This document shows, piece by piece, positions 38,546 to 47,632 of a DNA stretch of 64,000 bases. Below the pieces are notes generated by a model that had not been told where the DNA came from, ran no database searches, and saw nothing but the letters and a program-made list of their open reading frames with translations. This stretch comes from Minisyncoccia bacterium (lineage in GTDB: Bacteria > Patescibacteriota > Minisyncoccia > UBA6257 > GWB1-50-10). The stretch is taken from the NCBI GenBank assembly GCA_049997815.1, contig JBEKVQ010000002.1, forward strand, positions 10,483 through 74,482, given 5' to 3'. Position 1 is the stretch's first letter. Each line of letters begins with the position of its first letter. The position numbers and the translations under genes are program-made.

Positions 38546-38616
38546 TCGGGCCGCCGGGATTTGAACCCGAACTAAATCCTCCCAAAGGACTCGTGCTACC
38601 GTTACACTACGGCCCG
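38546..38616 (-). tRNA. tRNA-Pro(TGG)
   Basis: CGGGCCG/CGGCCCG acceptor; AGTCC-TTTGGGA-GGATT anticodon arm. Confidence 0.92.
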
Positions 38617-38664
38617 CCTCTCCCTTTAAACTATCCGATTTTTACTATAGAATCAACGAAATCG

Positions 38665-38736
38665 CCCCTTGTAGCTCAATGGATAGAGCAGCGCTCTTCT
38701 AAGGCGTTGATGCGGGTTCGATTCCTGCCGAGGGGG
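38665..38736 (+). tRNA. tRNA-Arg(TCT)
   Basis: TAGCTCAATGGATAGAGC D-arm, CTTCTAA anticodon loop, GGTTCGATTCC T-arm. Confidence 0.93.
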
Positions 38737-38743
38737 CTTTTTA

Positions 38744-39832
38744 ATGAAGAAATCCACCATAGTTTTCGTAATAATATTGGCCGTTCTGGCCGGAATCGCG
38801 ATCCGGGGTTTTGAGAACGGATCTCGTTTGATCTCCGAGGCGGATAACGCCGGAGAGAAAAAAGCGGAAGTGTCCGCCGATTTTCCGCCGGTTTCGGTTT
38901 CTCCAGAGAATGTGAGGGCGGTTTATCTCACGGCCGCGGCCGCTTCCGTTCCGTCGTGGGTGGAGAGGACGATAAAACTCATTAAATCCACGCGCCTGAA
39001 CGCGGTCGTCATAAACGTGAAGGATAGCGACGGAACGTATCTCGGGGAGGGAATGAAAAACACCGTGAAGAAATTCAGAGAGCAGGGAATCTACCCCATC
39101 GCTCGGGTTGTGGTTTTCCAGGACAATAAGCTGGCTGAATCGGAGCCGGCACTCGCTCTTCACGATTCCGCAGGCAATTTGTGGTCCGGAAACGGGGGCT
39201 ATCTTTGGGTGGACCCAGCAAGCAAGGAAGTTTGGGATAAAACTGTTGCGGTTTCCGAACGGGCGCTCGATGTCGGATTCATGGAAGTTAACTTCGATTA
39301 CATCCGTTTCCCGGATGGGGATGTGGACTCGATCACTTTTCCGGCCTATGACAACGTGACGCCGGCGGTGGAAGTTCTAAAGAATTTTTTCAAATATCTA
39401 ACCGGTAAGGTCCGCGAGGCACGGCCAAAAGCGGTTCTCTCGGCGGACCTGTTTGCCTACACACTTTTGAGAGATAATGGCCTGGGGGTCGGCCAGCGGG
39501 CCGGAGATGCCGGACAGTTTTTTGACGTGATATCCCCGATGATATATCCATCCCACTATGCGGCGGGAAATTTCAATTTCCCCAATCCGGCAACGGAGCC
39601 GTATCAGGTGGTGTTTCGAACGCTCGAAAGCGGGAAACCCATTTTGGCCAGAGCGAGTTCGACCGCCATCATCCGCCCGTGGATACAGGATTTCGACATG
39701 GGGGCGGTTTACGACAAGCAGATGGTGGGGGAAGAAATGCGGGCAATCAAGGATGCCGGCTACGGCGACACGTGGATGGCGTGGAATCCGACAAATATTT
39801 ACGAAGCGGACAAATTCTCTTCGGGGAATTAA
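38744..39832 (+). CDS. Putative glycoside hydrolase (DUF4015-like TIM barrel)
   Basis: IYPIARVVVFQD, FDYIRFP, PMIYPSHY, RPWIQDF, WN. Confidence 0.85.
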   Translation: MKKSTIVFVIILAVLAGIAIRGFENGSRLISEADNAGEKKAEVSADFPPVSVSPENVRAVYLTAAAASVPSWVERTIKLIKSTRLNAVVINVKDSDGTYLGEGMKNTVKKFREQGIYPIARVVVFQDNKLAESEPALALHDSAGNLWSGNGGYLWVDPASKEVWDKTVAVSERALDVGFMEVNFDYIRFPDGDVDSITFPAYDNVTPAVEVLKNFFKYLTGKVREARPKAVLSADLFAYTLLRDNGLGVGQRAGDAGQFFDVISPMIYPSHYAAGNFNFPNPATEPYQVVFRTLESGKPILARASSTAIIRPWIQDFDMGAVYDKQMVGEEMRAIKDAGYGDTWMAWNPTNIYEADKFSSGN

Positions 39833-39833
39833 C

Positions 39834-40598
39834 CTATCCTTTTTTGAATAGGCTCAATCCGAATAAAACGGCGCTCAAAAGAACCGTTGCGATGCCGGGA
39901 TTCATTCCGTAAAATCGCCCCACAAGAAGGCCGCCCGACAGGGAAATCACGGAGAGGACGATGGATGTCAAGATGAAAGAATTAAAACCTTTCGCGAGAT
40001 TTCGGGCGGTGGCGGCCGGAATAATGGAAAGGGCGCTGATTAAAAGTACGCCCACGAAACTAATGCCGATGGAAATCGTGAGCGCTATAAGCACCAGTAT
40101 TAAAAGTTGCATCGCGAGCGGAGATATCTTCACGGAAGTGCCCAATTCCGGAGCGATCGAGAAAAGCGTGAGCGGTTTCAAATACTTCATTATCAAGCCG
40201 ATTATCGCTATGGCGACCACGGTCTGAAATACTATCTGATTGAATGTTATTTTTTCTACGCTGCCGAAGAATGCCTCGAGAAGGTCCTGTTCCGGAATAA
40301 TGAGCGCGCCTATCGCGAGTGCGGTCACGAACATAACGCCCGTCACGGATTCGGTGGCCAGTTTGGTCTTGTTCTCAATAAGCCAGATAAGTAAGATGCC
40401 GGCGAAGAGTGCTGCGAGACCGCCCCAAATGGGAGCGAATTTGAAGATTATGCCTAAAGCGATGCCGGGAAGCGCCACATGGGAAAGCGCATCCGACATA
40501 AGTGACATCTTCCGGACGATGAGGAATGACCCCACAATGCCGCTCGCCGCTGCGACGAAGATGCCGGAAACCAACGTGTAGAAGAATAGGTCACTCAT
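39834..40598 (-). CDS. znuB: Zn/Mn ABC transporter permease
   Basis: SDALSHVALPG, IIPAATA; start overlaps upstream ATPase stop. Confidence 0.9.
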   Translation of the reverse strand: MSDLFFYTLVSGIFVAAASGIVGSFLIVRKMSLMSDALSHVALPGIALGIIFKFAPIWGGLAALFAGILLIWLIENKTKLATESVTGVMFVTALAIGALIIPEQDLLEAFFGSVEKITFNQIVFQTVVAIAIIGLIMKYLKPLTLFSIAPELGTSVKISPLAMQLLILVLIALTISIGISFVGVLLISALSIIPAATARNLAKGFNSFILTSIVLSVISLSGGLLVGRFYGMNPGIATVLLSAVLFGLSLFKKG

Positions 40599-41310
40599 GG
40601 TGGTGGTCGTGGCGTTCGTCGAAGTGATGATGATGGAAAAAAGCGTGGTCGCCATAGAGCTCCGAAAGCGTAGCCGTCGTGAGCACTTCTTGCGGTTCGC
40701 CGTAACAGACCATCGCGTGGTTCAGACAAAGTACTTGATTAGCGTAGTGATAGACGATGCTTAAGTCGTGCGATATCAGAACTATGGCGATGCCCAATGT
40801 ATCCTGAAGATGGTGAAGCAGGTCGTAAATGGATTCCTGGGCAACTACATCCACGTTCTCGGTTGGTTCGTCGAACAGGAGCACCTGCGGCTGGTCAATA
40901 ATGGCCCAGGCCAGGAGGATTTTCTGGAGTTGGCCGCTCGAAAAGGTCGCGAGATTCTTATTGAGCCAGTGCCCGTTTATTTCTACGAGCTCCAAGACCC
41001 TCTCCAAGGCGTATTTCGGATTCGGTTTCAATTTGAGGAATTCTTTGACGGTCATCGGCAGATAATGGTCGATGTGGAAGCGCTGGGGAAGATATCCGCA
41101 GGTAACATCCTTACCCCATTCTATTTTTCCGCCTGCGGTCGGAAAAAGGCCAAGCAGGGTTTTGAGGAGCACCGATTTTCCGGCACCGTTGGGGCCCACG
41201 ATGGCCAGTACCTCCTCTTTTTTTAATTCAAAGGAAACATCCTTGATGATTCTCTGGCCATCAAGGATAACGGAGAGGTTTTCTACTTTAAGCAAAGTTT
41301 TTTCCGGCAT
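40591..41310 (-). CDS. znuC: Zn/Mn ABC transporter ATP-binding protein
   Basis: GPNGAGKS, YLPQ, FSSGQ, DEPT, SHDL; His-rich C-terminus. Confidence 0.9.
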   Translation of the reverse strand: MPEKTLLKVENLSVILDGQRIIKDVSFELKKEEVLAIVGPNGAGKSVLLKTLLGLFPTAGGKIEWGKDVTCGYLPQRFHIDHYLPMTVKEFLKLKPNPKYALERVLELVEINGHWLNKNLATFSSGQLQKILLAWAIIDQPQVLLFDEPTENVDVVAQESIYDLLHHLQDTLGIAIVLISHDLSIVYHYANQVLCLNHAMVCYGEPQEVLTTATLSELYGDHAFFHHHHFDERHDHHHE

Positions 41311-41355
41311 TTTTAATATTTAAATATAGTAATTCATTTCCTTTTGTTGTGGTAG

Positions 41356-41730
41356 TTATAATTCAAATTTTCTTCCCTGATAATTCATCGCTTCTTGAAC
41401 AAGTAGTGCATCGTTTTTTGTGCTGTGCTTTATGGTGTGGCAGTTGGCACAGAGGAGCTCGCATTTTTTCAGTTCACTTTTTATCACTTCCCATTTTTTA
41501 TTCGCAACATTTCCTATTATAAAATCTTTCTTTTTAGGATTCGTATGGTGGAATTGAAGTGCAGCTTGATTACCGCGCCAACCACAATTCACACATTTCC
41601 CTCCAAGGTACTTTATGGCTGCCGCTTTGGTCCGAAATCTCCTTACCTTCGTGTTGCAAGAGCCGCATCTAGCCCTGCATCTGCTTTGGTAGTCTTTAAA
41701 CGCGTTGCCACACAATTTACATATCCTCAT
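41356..41730 (-). CDS. Small HNH endonuclease with N-terminal Zn finger
   Basis: CKLC/CGSC, GGKCVNCG, LQFHH, LLCANCH..KH. Confidence 0.88.
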   Translation of the reverse strand: MRICKLCGNAFKDYQSRCRARCGSCNTKVRRFRTKAAAIKYLGGKCVNCGWRGNQAALQFHHTNPKKKDFIIGNVANKKWEVIKSELKKCELLCANCHTIKHSTKNDALLVQEAMNYQGRKFEL

Positions 41731-41818
41731 TGAATATAATTATAGCATTGCTCGCTCTACCGGGGAAGCGATTGAAAAATAAGGTCTTCCTTGATATATT
41801 TTGAGTACAACTTAATAA

Positions 41819-42112
41819 GCCGCGGTAGCTCAGTGGTAGAGCGCTACCCTAAACTCTTTGGGGCCTTCCGCAGTAATGTGGATTGAATAATTGGGTGAAT
41901 TCGGGGGAAACTTCTTAAAAGAAATAATCCCGAGCCAAGCTCTGATGGGATCCGTCAGTTGGCGGAGGTATCGGAGAAGGTGTAGAGACTAGTAGGTGAG
42001 TCCCAACGATAATCCTACGCAAGCGCCCAACTTCCTTTTAGAAGGAAGATGATATAGTCCAAGCAAACCTTGGAAGAGGTAGGCGTCGGGTGTTCGATTC
42101 ACCCCCGCGGCA
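41819..42112 (+). tRNA. tRNA-Phe(GAA), interrupted by a group I intron
   Basis: Exon 1 41819-41850 plus exon 2 42073-42112 give a cloverleaf: GCCGCGG/CCGCGGC acceptor, CTACC-CT^GAAGA-GGTAG anticodon arm. Confidence 0.93.
41851..42072 (+). ncRNA. Group I self-splicing intron (222 nt, no ORF)
   Basis: Follows U33 and ends in G; P1 CCCU/GGGG; core elements GAATTCGGGG (P), AATCCCGAGCCAAG (Q), GTAGAGACTA (R), GATATAGTCC (S). Confidence 0.9.
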
Positions 42113-42116
42113 CAAA

Positions 42117-42587
42117 ATGATAAAGATAAAGTCGTTCCGTCAAACGCGGGGTTATTGCGGTCCCGCATCGCTCAAGATGGTGTTGGGATATTACGGCGCG
42201 AATAAAAGCGAGGCCGCTTTGGCAAAGCTATCTGGCGCCACGCGCTCTCGCGGCATAGACGCTAAGGGCATGCTCCGCGCCGCCGGAAAACTTGGTTTTG
42301 AGGGATTGATAAAAGATTATGCGAGCATCAGCGATATCAAGCGATACATTAAGCAAAACATTCCGGTGATAGTGGACTGGTTCTCGCAGGATGATGGCCA
42401 TTACTCGGTCGCAGTTGGTTTGGATGAACGATTCATTTATCTTCAGGACCCGGAGATCGGAAAAGTCCGCAAGTTGGGCTTGGAAACCTTCAGGCGTGTC
42501 TGGTTCGACTTTCCGGGGTTGTCTCCGTATCCTCGAAAAAATCCGATTATTCGAAGGATTATCGTAATAAAGAAAAGGGGTAGATAA
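42117..42587 (+). CDS. Peptidase C39-like protein
   Basis: Q...YCGPASLKMVL.YYG, GHYSV, QDP. Confidence 0.88.
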   Translation: MIKIKSFRQTRGYCGPASLKMVLGYYGANKSEAALAKLSGATRSRGIDAKGMLRAAGKLGFEGLIKDYASISDIKRYIKQNIPVIVDWFSQDDGHYSVAVGLDERFIYLQDPEIGKVRKLGLETFRRVWFDFPGLSPYPRKNPIIRRIIVIKKRGR

Positions 42588-42594
42588 TTAACTT

Positions 42595-42924
42595 ATGGAC
42601 CTAAAAACAAAAAAATGCGTGGCCTGTGAAGGAGCTGAAACCCCGCTCACAAGACCGGAAGCGGAAATTTTATTGAAGCAGACGCCGGGCTGGGCTATTT
42701 CAGAGGACGGCAAGAAAATAAGCCGCGATTTCGAGTTCAAAGATTTTAAGGAATCGATGGCGTTCATAAACAAGGTGGCCGCCATCGCCGAAAGCGAGGG
42801 CCATCATCCGGATATACACGTTTTCTACAGTAAAGTGAGATTGGAACTCTGGACACACGCGATAAACGGACTCTTCGAGAACGACTTCATAGTGGCGGCC
42901 AAAGTCAACGAGTTACTGAGATAG
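42595..42924 (+). CDS. phhB: Pterin-4-alpha-carbinolamine dehydratase
   Basis: AESEGHHPDI, WTHAI.GL.ENDF..AAK. Confidence 0.93.
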   Translation: MDLKTKKCVACEGAETPLTRPEAEILLKQTPGWAISEDGKKISRDFEFKDFKESMAFINKVAAIAESEGHHPDIHVFYSKVRLELWTHAINGLFENDFIVAAKVNELLR

Positions 42925-43593
42925 TTTTTCCTTTTCTTCCTCTTCGAAGCTTTCATCGAGGGCGTTCCCGATACCCCTGGCTCTGCCTTCGACGGAGAAT
43001 CTCTTGCTTAAAATTTTCCGCAAGAAGTGTTCGCCCACGAACATTAGGACCATCACGACGGCCAGGCCTATTTCTATCTGTTTGAAAACCTTTTCGGATT
43101 TCAGGTAGGTAAAGCCGGAGGCGAAAAAGTAGGCGACGGCGGTGGCCGAGAAGAACCAAAGCAAGACGCTCGTAAGCTGGGATTTCATGAACCTGGCGAA
43201 TGAGACCTTCGACCAGCTCACGGCGAAGACCGCGAAGATGTTCGCGGCCACCAGGAATTTGGAGATTATCATCAATTTATTGATATTTTCCCGCACGTAG
43301 AAAAGATAAAATTGGGTGCGTTTGGAGTGTTTTATCTTCCGGTATAGCTTCCAGCCAAAGCGGGTATTCCGCATGGCCCGCCCCAAAAAGAAGAGAAACA
43401 TGTCACCTACTATGAGGGACGAAATAGCTGGGATGATGAAACCGCCCCAGGTCAAGTTTCCGGCCGCTATCAAAAATACCGAGACCAGAACAACCACCTC
43501 GCCTTGGATAAGGATGGCGACGGCGATTATCCAATGGCTCCAGTCTGGATAATGGACTACGAGAGCGCCCAAACTGTCTAAAAGACTTCCCAT
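42913..43593 (-). CDS. DedA/VTT-like membrane protein
   Basis: GE..V, GD...FFLGR, SKF motif pattern. Confidence 0.75.
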   Translation of the reverse strand: MGSLLDSLGALVVHYPDWSHWIIAVAILIQGEVVVLVSVFLIAAGNLTWGGFIIPAISSLIVGDMFLFFLGRAMRNTRFGWKLYRKIKHSKRTQFYLFYVRENINKLMIISKFLVAANIFAVFAVSWSKVSFARFMKSQLTSVLLWFFSATAVAYFFASGFTYLKSEKVFKQIEIGLAVVMVLMFVGEHFLRKILSKRFSVEGRARGIGNALDESFEEEEKEKLSQ

Positions 43594-43683
43594 AAGGGGT
43601 TACTCTTAGATATTAGCATACATTCCGGCCGGACTTTCAAATTAGCGGCGGCGGGTATAGAATTTCCTTAGGTTTTTACCTAT

Positions 43684-43756
43684 GGTGCCTATGGTGTAAC
43701 GGTTAACACAGAAGTTTGTGGAACTTCTGATACGGGTTCGATTCCCGTTAGGCACC
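43684..43756 (+). tRNA. tRNA-His(GTG) with G-1
   Basis: G-GTGCCTA/TAGGCAC-C acceptor; GAAGT-TTGTGGA-ACTTC anticodon arm. Confidence 0.96.
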
Positions 43757-43897
43757 CAGATTGACAAATAGCACGAGGTGTGCTATTTTGTTTTCAGACA
43801 GGAACATTGTGTTTCCCTATGACAATTTTATAAGTACAAGTTAAACGAAAATTCTGATAGTCGAGAATAACCCTATAAACCAAAATGGAGGTTTTGT

Positions 43898-44674
43898 ATG
43901 CGTATTCTGATTGTTGATGATAGTGCTCTATGGATCAAGCATGGTAAGACCCTTCTCGAGCAAGCTGGCTATGAGGTGACGGGGTTGGTTGTCTCTGATC
44001 CCAAGCAGTTCACTTCGAAATCTCTGTCCGAGTCGGTGGCCGACGCGATCAAGGGGGTCGATGTGCTGATGATCGACAAGGATTTTGGTGAGGCCGTTAC
44101 CTCAACCCGTCTAATCTGTGTCGTTCGGCACAACTTCCCGAAACTTCCGATCGTCCGCTGGACCGGTGGGTACGATGACAAGCCGTACATGAATTATCTC
44201 GGTGTTACAAATATCGAGAAGCCCACCAAAAAGGATGAGGCCAAGTTCGTCGAGATCTTCAACGAGGCACTCGATAAGCAGAAGCTCATTCTCTCCGGCG
44301 CGATGGGGATATTCGCAGTGCTCGACGAGACGGTAGAACCCGACAAGTACGCGGCCGAAAACAAGGCAAGGCAGCTTAAGCAGATTGCCCAAATCGCCCA
44401 GTTGGCCAACAAAGATACCGTGGATTCGGACGATTGGAGGTATCCGTGGACGATCACTGGGGAACGCGCCGATATGACCAAGCACGAGTTTGGTCACTGT
44501 ATCTGCGACGGTATTCTCACAGCCGAAGATATTCGCCCCCATCTCTCTGCCTTGCAGAAGGTAATCGGAAAGTTTGAAGGCGCGGGTAAGATTGACGAGC
44601 GCTTCAAGATTTGTGCTGAGTTCATTAAGACTGGAAATCTGGACGAGCTCGAGCTAGTCCGGCGCTGTTACTGA
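43898..44674 (+). CDS. Response-regulator receiver-like domain protein (cassette 1)
   Basis: MRILIVDD, VLMID, WTG, EKP receiver pattern plus unknown C-terminal domain. Confidence 0.75.
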   Translation: MRILIVDDSALWIKHGKTLLEQAGYEVTGLVVSDPKQFTSKSLSESVADAIKGVDVLMIDKDFGEAVTSTRLICVVRHNFPKLPIVRWTGGYDDKPYMNYLGVTNIEKPTKKDEAKFVEIFNEALDKQKLILSGAMGIFAVLDETVEPDKYAAENKARQLKQIAQIAQLANKDTVDSDDWRYPWTITGERADMTKHEFGHCICDGILTAEDIRPHLSALQKVIGKFEGAGKIDERFKICAEFIKTGNLDELELVRRCY

Positions 44675-44898
44675 GATCGTTTTTAACGATGCAATAATCC
44701 TACCAGAGGGGAAAAATGAAACTCGATTACGGTTGAATACCTAACCGAACACTACGTGGAGCCCACTGCGTAGAAAGCAAAGACGAAAGTCATGAGCAAA
44801 AAGCCCGACAACAATGTTGGGCTTTGCTATTTCTGGTTATAACCAGATGAGATTTAACCTAGGTCCGGCGCACAGACCCGCTCTTTCTGCTGTATAAT

Positions 44899-44926
44899 GG
44901 TTCTAACGTCCTCTACTACGCGACCC
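44899..44926 (+). repeat. Array repeat R1
   Basis: GGTTCTAACGTCCTCTACTACGCGACCC. Confidence 0.92.
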
Positions 44927-44976
44927 AGCGATAAATCCAAGTATCTTTCAGGCATGGTCTGGTGTACCTTTAACGT

Positions 44977-45471
44977 ATGGGTGCAGATAAAAAAATTTTT
45001 CCAAACGTATGGTATGCCTCTGAGAAAAAGGTAAAAAGTGCCTCCAAATTTCTTGTCTTTAACGACAAGGGTTCGTTGGATTTCTCCGGAGAAAATATCC
45101 TATTTACAGGCAAGAAGAATACGATTCAAATCGGTAAATCAACCGTTAGGGGTATTTCCATGGTAAGCCAAGACATCAATTGGGTAACCTATATTATGAC
45201 GAACATTTTAGCCATAGCCGTATATTATTTTGTATTTACCTCCATATCTCATTTTGTATTCACTGGGGAAGACGTTGTCCTTTTAATTGTTTATTTTCTA
45301 ATCGCCAATGGATTTGGTTTATTGGTCGGTAAAAGCACTAAATGGATACTTGTCGAATATCTTGATAAGAACGGGAATCCGGGAAAGGCTTATTTTGCGG
45401 ATGGCTCAATGCGGGGATGGTCGGGTATATTCGGGGGGACGCGAAAAATCTACGATCTTATTAGGTCTTAA
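44977..45471 (+). CDS. Hypothetical membrane protein (cassette 2)
   Basis: 164 aa, two TM helices, AT-rich. Confidence 0.75.
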   Translation: MGADKKIFPNVWYASEKKVKSASKFLVFNDKGSLDFSGENILFTGKKNTIQIGKSTVRGISMVSQDINWVTYIMTNILAIAVYYFVFTSISHFVFTGEDVVLLIVYFLIANGFGLLVGKSTKWILVEYLDKNGNPGKAYFADGSMRGWSGIFGGTRKIYDLIRS

Positions 45472-45492
45472 AATACACCTTCGCTGTATAAC

Positions 45493-45520
45493 AGTTCTAA
45501 CGTCCCCCACTACGCGACCC
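45493..45520 (+). repeat. Array repeat R2
   Basis: AGTTCTAACGTCCCCCACTACGCGACCC. Confidence 0.92.
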
Positions 45521-45562
45521 GGACAAAAAAACAATTTTCAATCAGCCAAAGAAACCTCTTCT

Positions 45563-46759
45563 CTACTTAGTGGTGTTATAGATGGCTTGGATCTCGGCGG
45601 CGGAGAGAGCGCGGTTGTAGATGCGGACGTCGTCGATAACTCCACTACCAAAGTCATCCCCTTTCCCAAAAAGAAGAGAACTTGTACTTGTATCAGTGAC
45701 ATATACCTGGGTACCGCTCGCTTTGAGCATTCCATTTAAATACCACGACCATATTGATCCTGAATAAGTAATGGTAAGAAAATTCCAAGATGTGGTGACT
45801 AAATTTGCCGCAGATGGACTAATATTATCTCTTTTATAGAGTATAGTACCGTTACTTATATAAAAAATTAAATATCCTTGCCCAGCAACACCCGAGTTCC
45901 CTTTGACAAGAATACCTGGATAACTGCCGATCAGTGTTATTTCCTTATACCAAAGCGAGATTGTAAAATCGGAATTTAATCGAAGGGTCAAGTTATCGGG
46001 AACGGACACATAATCATCCGTCCCATCGAAATTCCCCGCCTGTCCAATCTTGCCTCCCGTATAGTAGGAACCGTTGGTCAGAGAGCCATACCACGTCCCA
46101 TTGTTTCCGTTCCCAGATGAGTCATTGGGAGAGCCATCCAAAGGCCAGTAACCCACAAGTCCAGAGGTATTGAATAATGGTGATAAGGAAAGATTAGAAC
46201 CATAGGCTATGACTCCAGGCATATTCTGTATGGGAGGGTTGATCTGGAGGGCGGCCCGCTGTTTCTGTGATTCAGGAATAGCCGTCAGTTCCCAAGAGCC
46301 TCCTGATGTGTAGGTGTAGTACTGTCCGCTTGAGGTGGTATTTATGGGATCAATGGGAAGCCTGGAGAGAGGACTTCCGGATGAGATGAGGGTGAAGTTC
46401 ACAGGGATCCATCCTGTGCCGTCGACTCTCGAGGAGGAGGCGGTGGAAACGCAGGCGTATGCCCAGCCTGAAGGCAATGCGGGAAGGCCTAAGTTCGCAC
46501 AGGTAGGTGACGTGTCCGGAACTGACACATAGGTCGTTGAGGCGGTTCCGAGGGATTGGTTGTACTGGTCGACCTGGAAGAGATTGAGGGCACTGTTCAA
46601 GGACGCCAGATCGGAGAGACGAGTGGAGTCTCTAGCTTCTTTGAGGAGCTCAGCAGGATTGATGACGAGGATGACGGCGGTAGCCAAGACTCCGAGGATG
46701 GCTATCACTACCAGGAGCTCTATGAGGGTGAAGGAGGACTCGTTACGCCAGCTTGTCAT
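45563..46759 (-). CDS. Type IV pilin-like protein with C-terminal LamG/ConA-like lectin domain (cassette 3)
   Basis: FTLIELLVVIAILGVL N-methylation motif, ARDSTR.SDL, LPIDP; GLVGYWPLD...IDDVRIYNRALS. Confidence 0.92.
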   Translation of the reverse strand: MTSWRNESSFTLIELLVVIAILGVLATAVILVINPAELLKEARDSTRLSDLASLNSALNLFQVDQYNQSLGTASTTYVSVPDTSPTCANLGLPALPSGWAYACVSTASSSRVDGTGWIPVNFTLISSGSPLSRLPIDPINTTSSGQYYTYTSGGSWELTAIPESQKQRAALQINPPIQNMPGVIAYGSNLSLSPLFNTSGLVGYWPLDGSPNDSSGNGNNGTWYGSLTNGSYYTGGKIGQAGNFDGTDDYVSVPDNLTLRLNSDFTISLWYKEITLIGSYPGILVKGNSGVAGQGYLIFYISNGTILYKRDNISPSAANLVTTSWNFLTITYSGSIWSWYLNGMLKASGTQVYVTDTSTSSLLFGKGDDFGSGVIDDVRIYNRALSAAEIQAIYNTTK

Positions 46760-46843
46760 ATCTTGTTATTCTACATTGTCCTGATTCTGAACGTATACGC
46801 TCACGTTCGGTACGCAAATCCTTCCCTCCAACCTTCTAACCAC

Positions 46844-46871
46844 AGTTCTAACGTCCTCTACTACGCGACCT
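46844..46871 (+). repeat. Array repeat R3
   Basis: AGTTCTAACGTCCTCTACTACGCGACCT. Confidence 0.92.
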
Positions 46872-47008
46872 ACCCAAAATTATCCCGATAGAATTAGGAC
46901 GGTTTTTTGTCTCCGAGTGGGACGATGCCGGAACGAAAATTGAGGTGGGGAAATAAAAAACCGCCCTGCGATTTCGTAGGGCGATTCTGGTTAATTGATA
47001 AAGATAAA

Positions 47009-47470
47009 TCAATGACGGAATGAATTGAATTCGGCAACATGTTTAATGTATGCATCCCTGTCAAAAAACTTTACAATCGCATCGCGAAGTTTTTGAGAGG
47101 TCATACCGAATTGCTTCAACGTTTCAGGTGAAGATGTAATCTCCTTACTCTTCCCTTCATAATCATTGAAGTCATACACATATAATCCTTGAGGTCCAAC
47201 GCAGAGATTCGTCCCAAAACCTCCAAATGGGGTTTTTTCGCCTTCCCTAAGTGTAGCAATCGCCCCACCATTTGAAAGCTGTGCAAACTCTTGAATTTCG
47301 CGATCAGTATTAACCGACCGAAGAAATTCTTGAAACGATTCGTCATCTTTTGCGTCAAACCGTACTGCAGAATATCGCGTCTTTATAGCGTCAATGAGCT
47401 CATAAATCCTCATGGGTATTCTCCGTGCCGCGCTCCTCAATTCAAAACGATGTTTCAATTTGCTAATCAT
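47009..47470 (-). CDS. Hypothetical protein (cassette 4)
   Basis: AAGGAG RBS before ATG near 47470; ~153 aa. Confidence 0.65.
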   Translation of the reverse strand: MISKLKHRFELRSAARRIPMRIYELIDAIKTRYSAVRFDAKDDESFQEFLRSVNTDREIQEFAQLSNGGAIATLREGEKTPFGGFGTNLCVGPQGLYVYDFNDYEGKSKEITSSPETLKQFGMTSQKLRDAIVKFFDRDAYIKHVAEFNSFRH

Positions 47471-47632
47471 ATGTGTCTCCTTCCCTTTTAGTTTGAAATG
47501 TACAGCTATTCTCAGTTTTCTAAATGTCAAAACTATAGCATGTGATTAGGCCAATGTCAAGGAACTATTTTCTGAGAGTTCACCTGAGATAGTTCTTTAT
47601 CTCGCCAAATATGGCACGCAAATCCTTCTAAA

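Noticed and set aside
42090-42116. Upstream GTG start for the C39 peptidase
   Set aside because: It lies inside tRNA-Phe exon 2; ATG at 42117 is more plausible.
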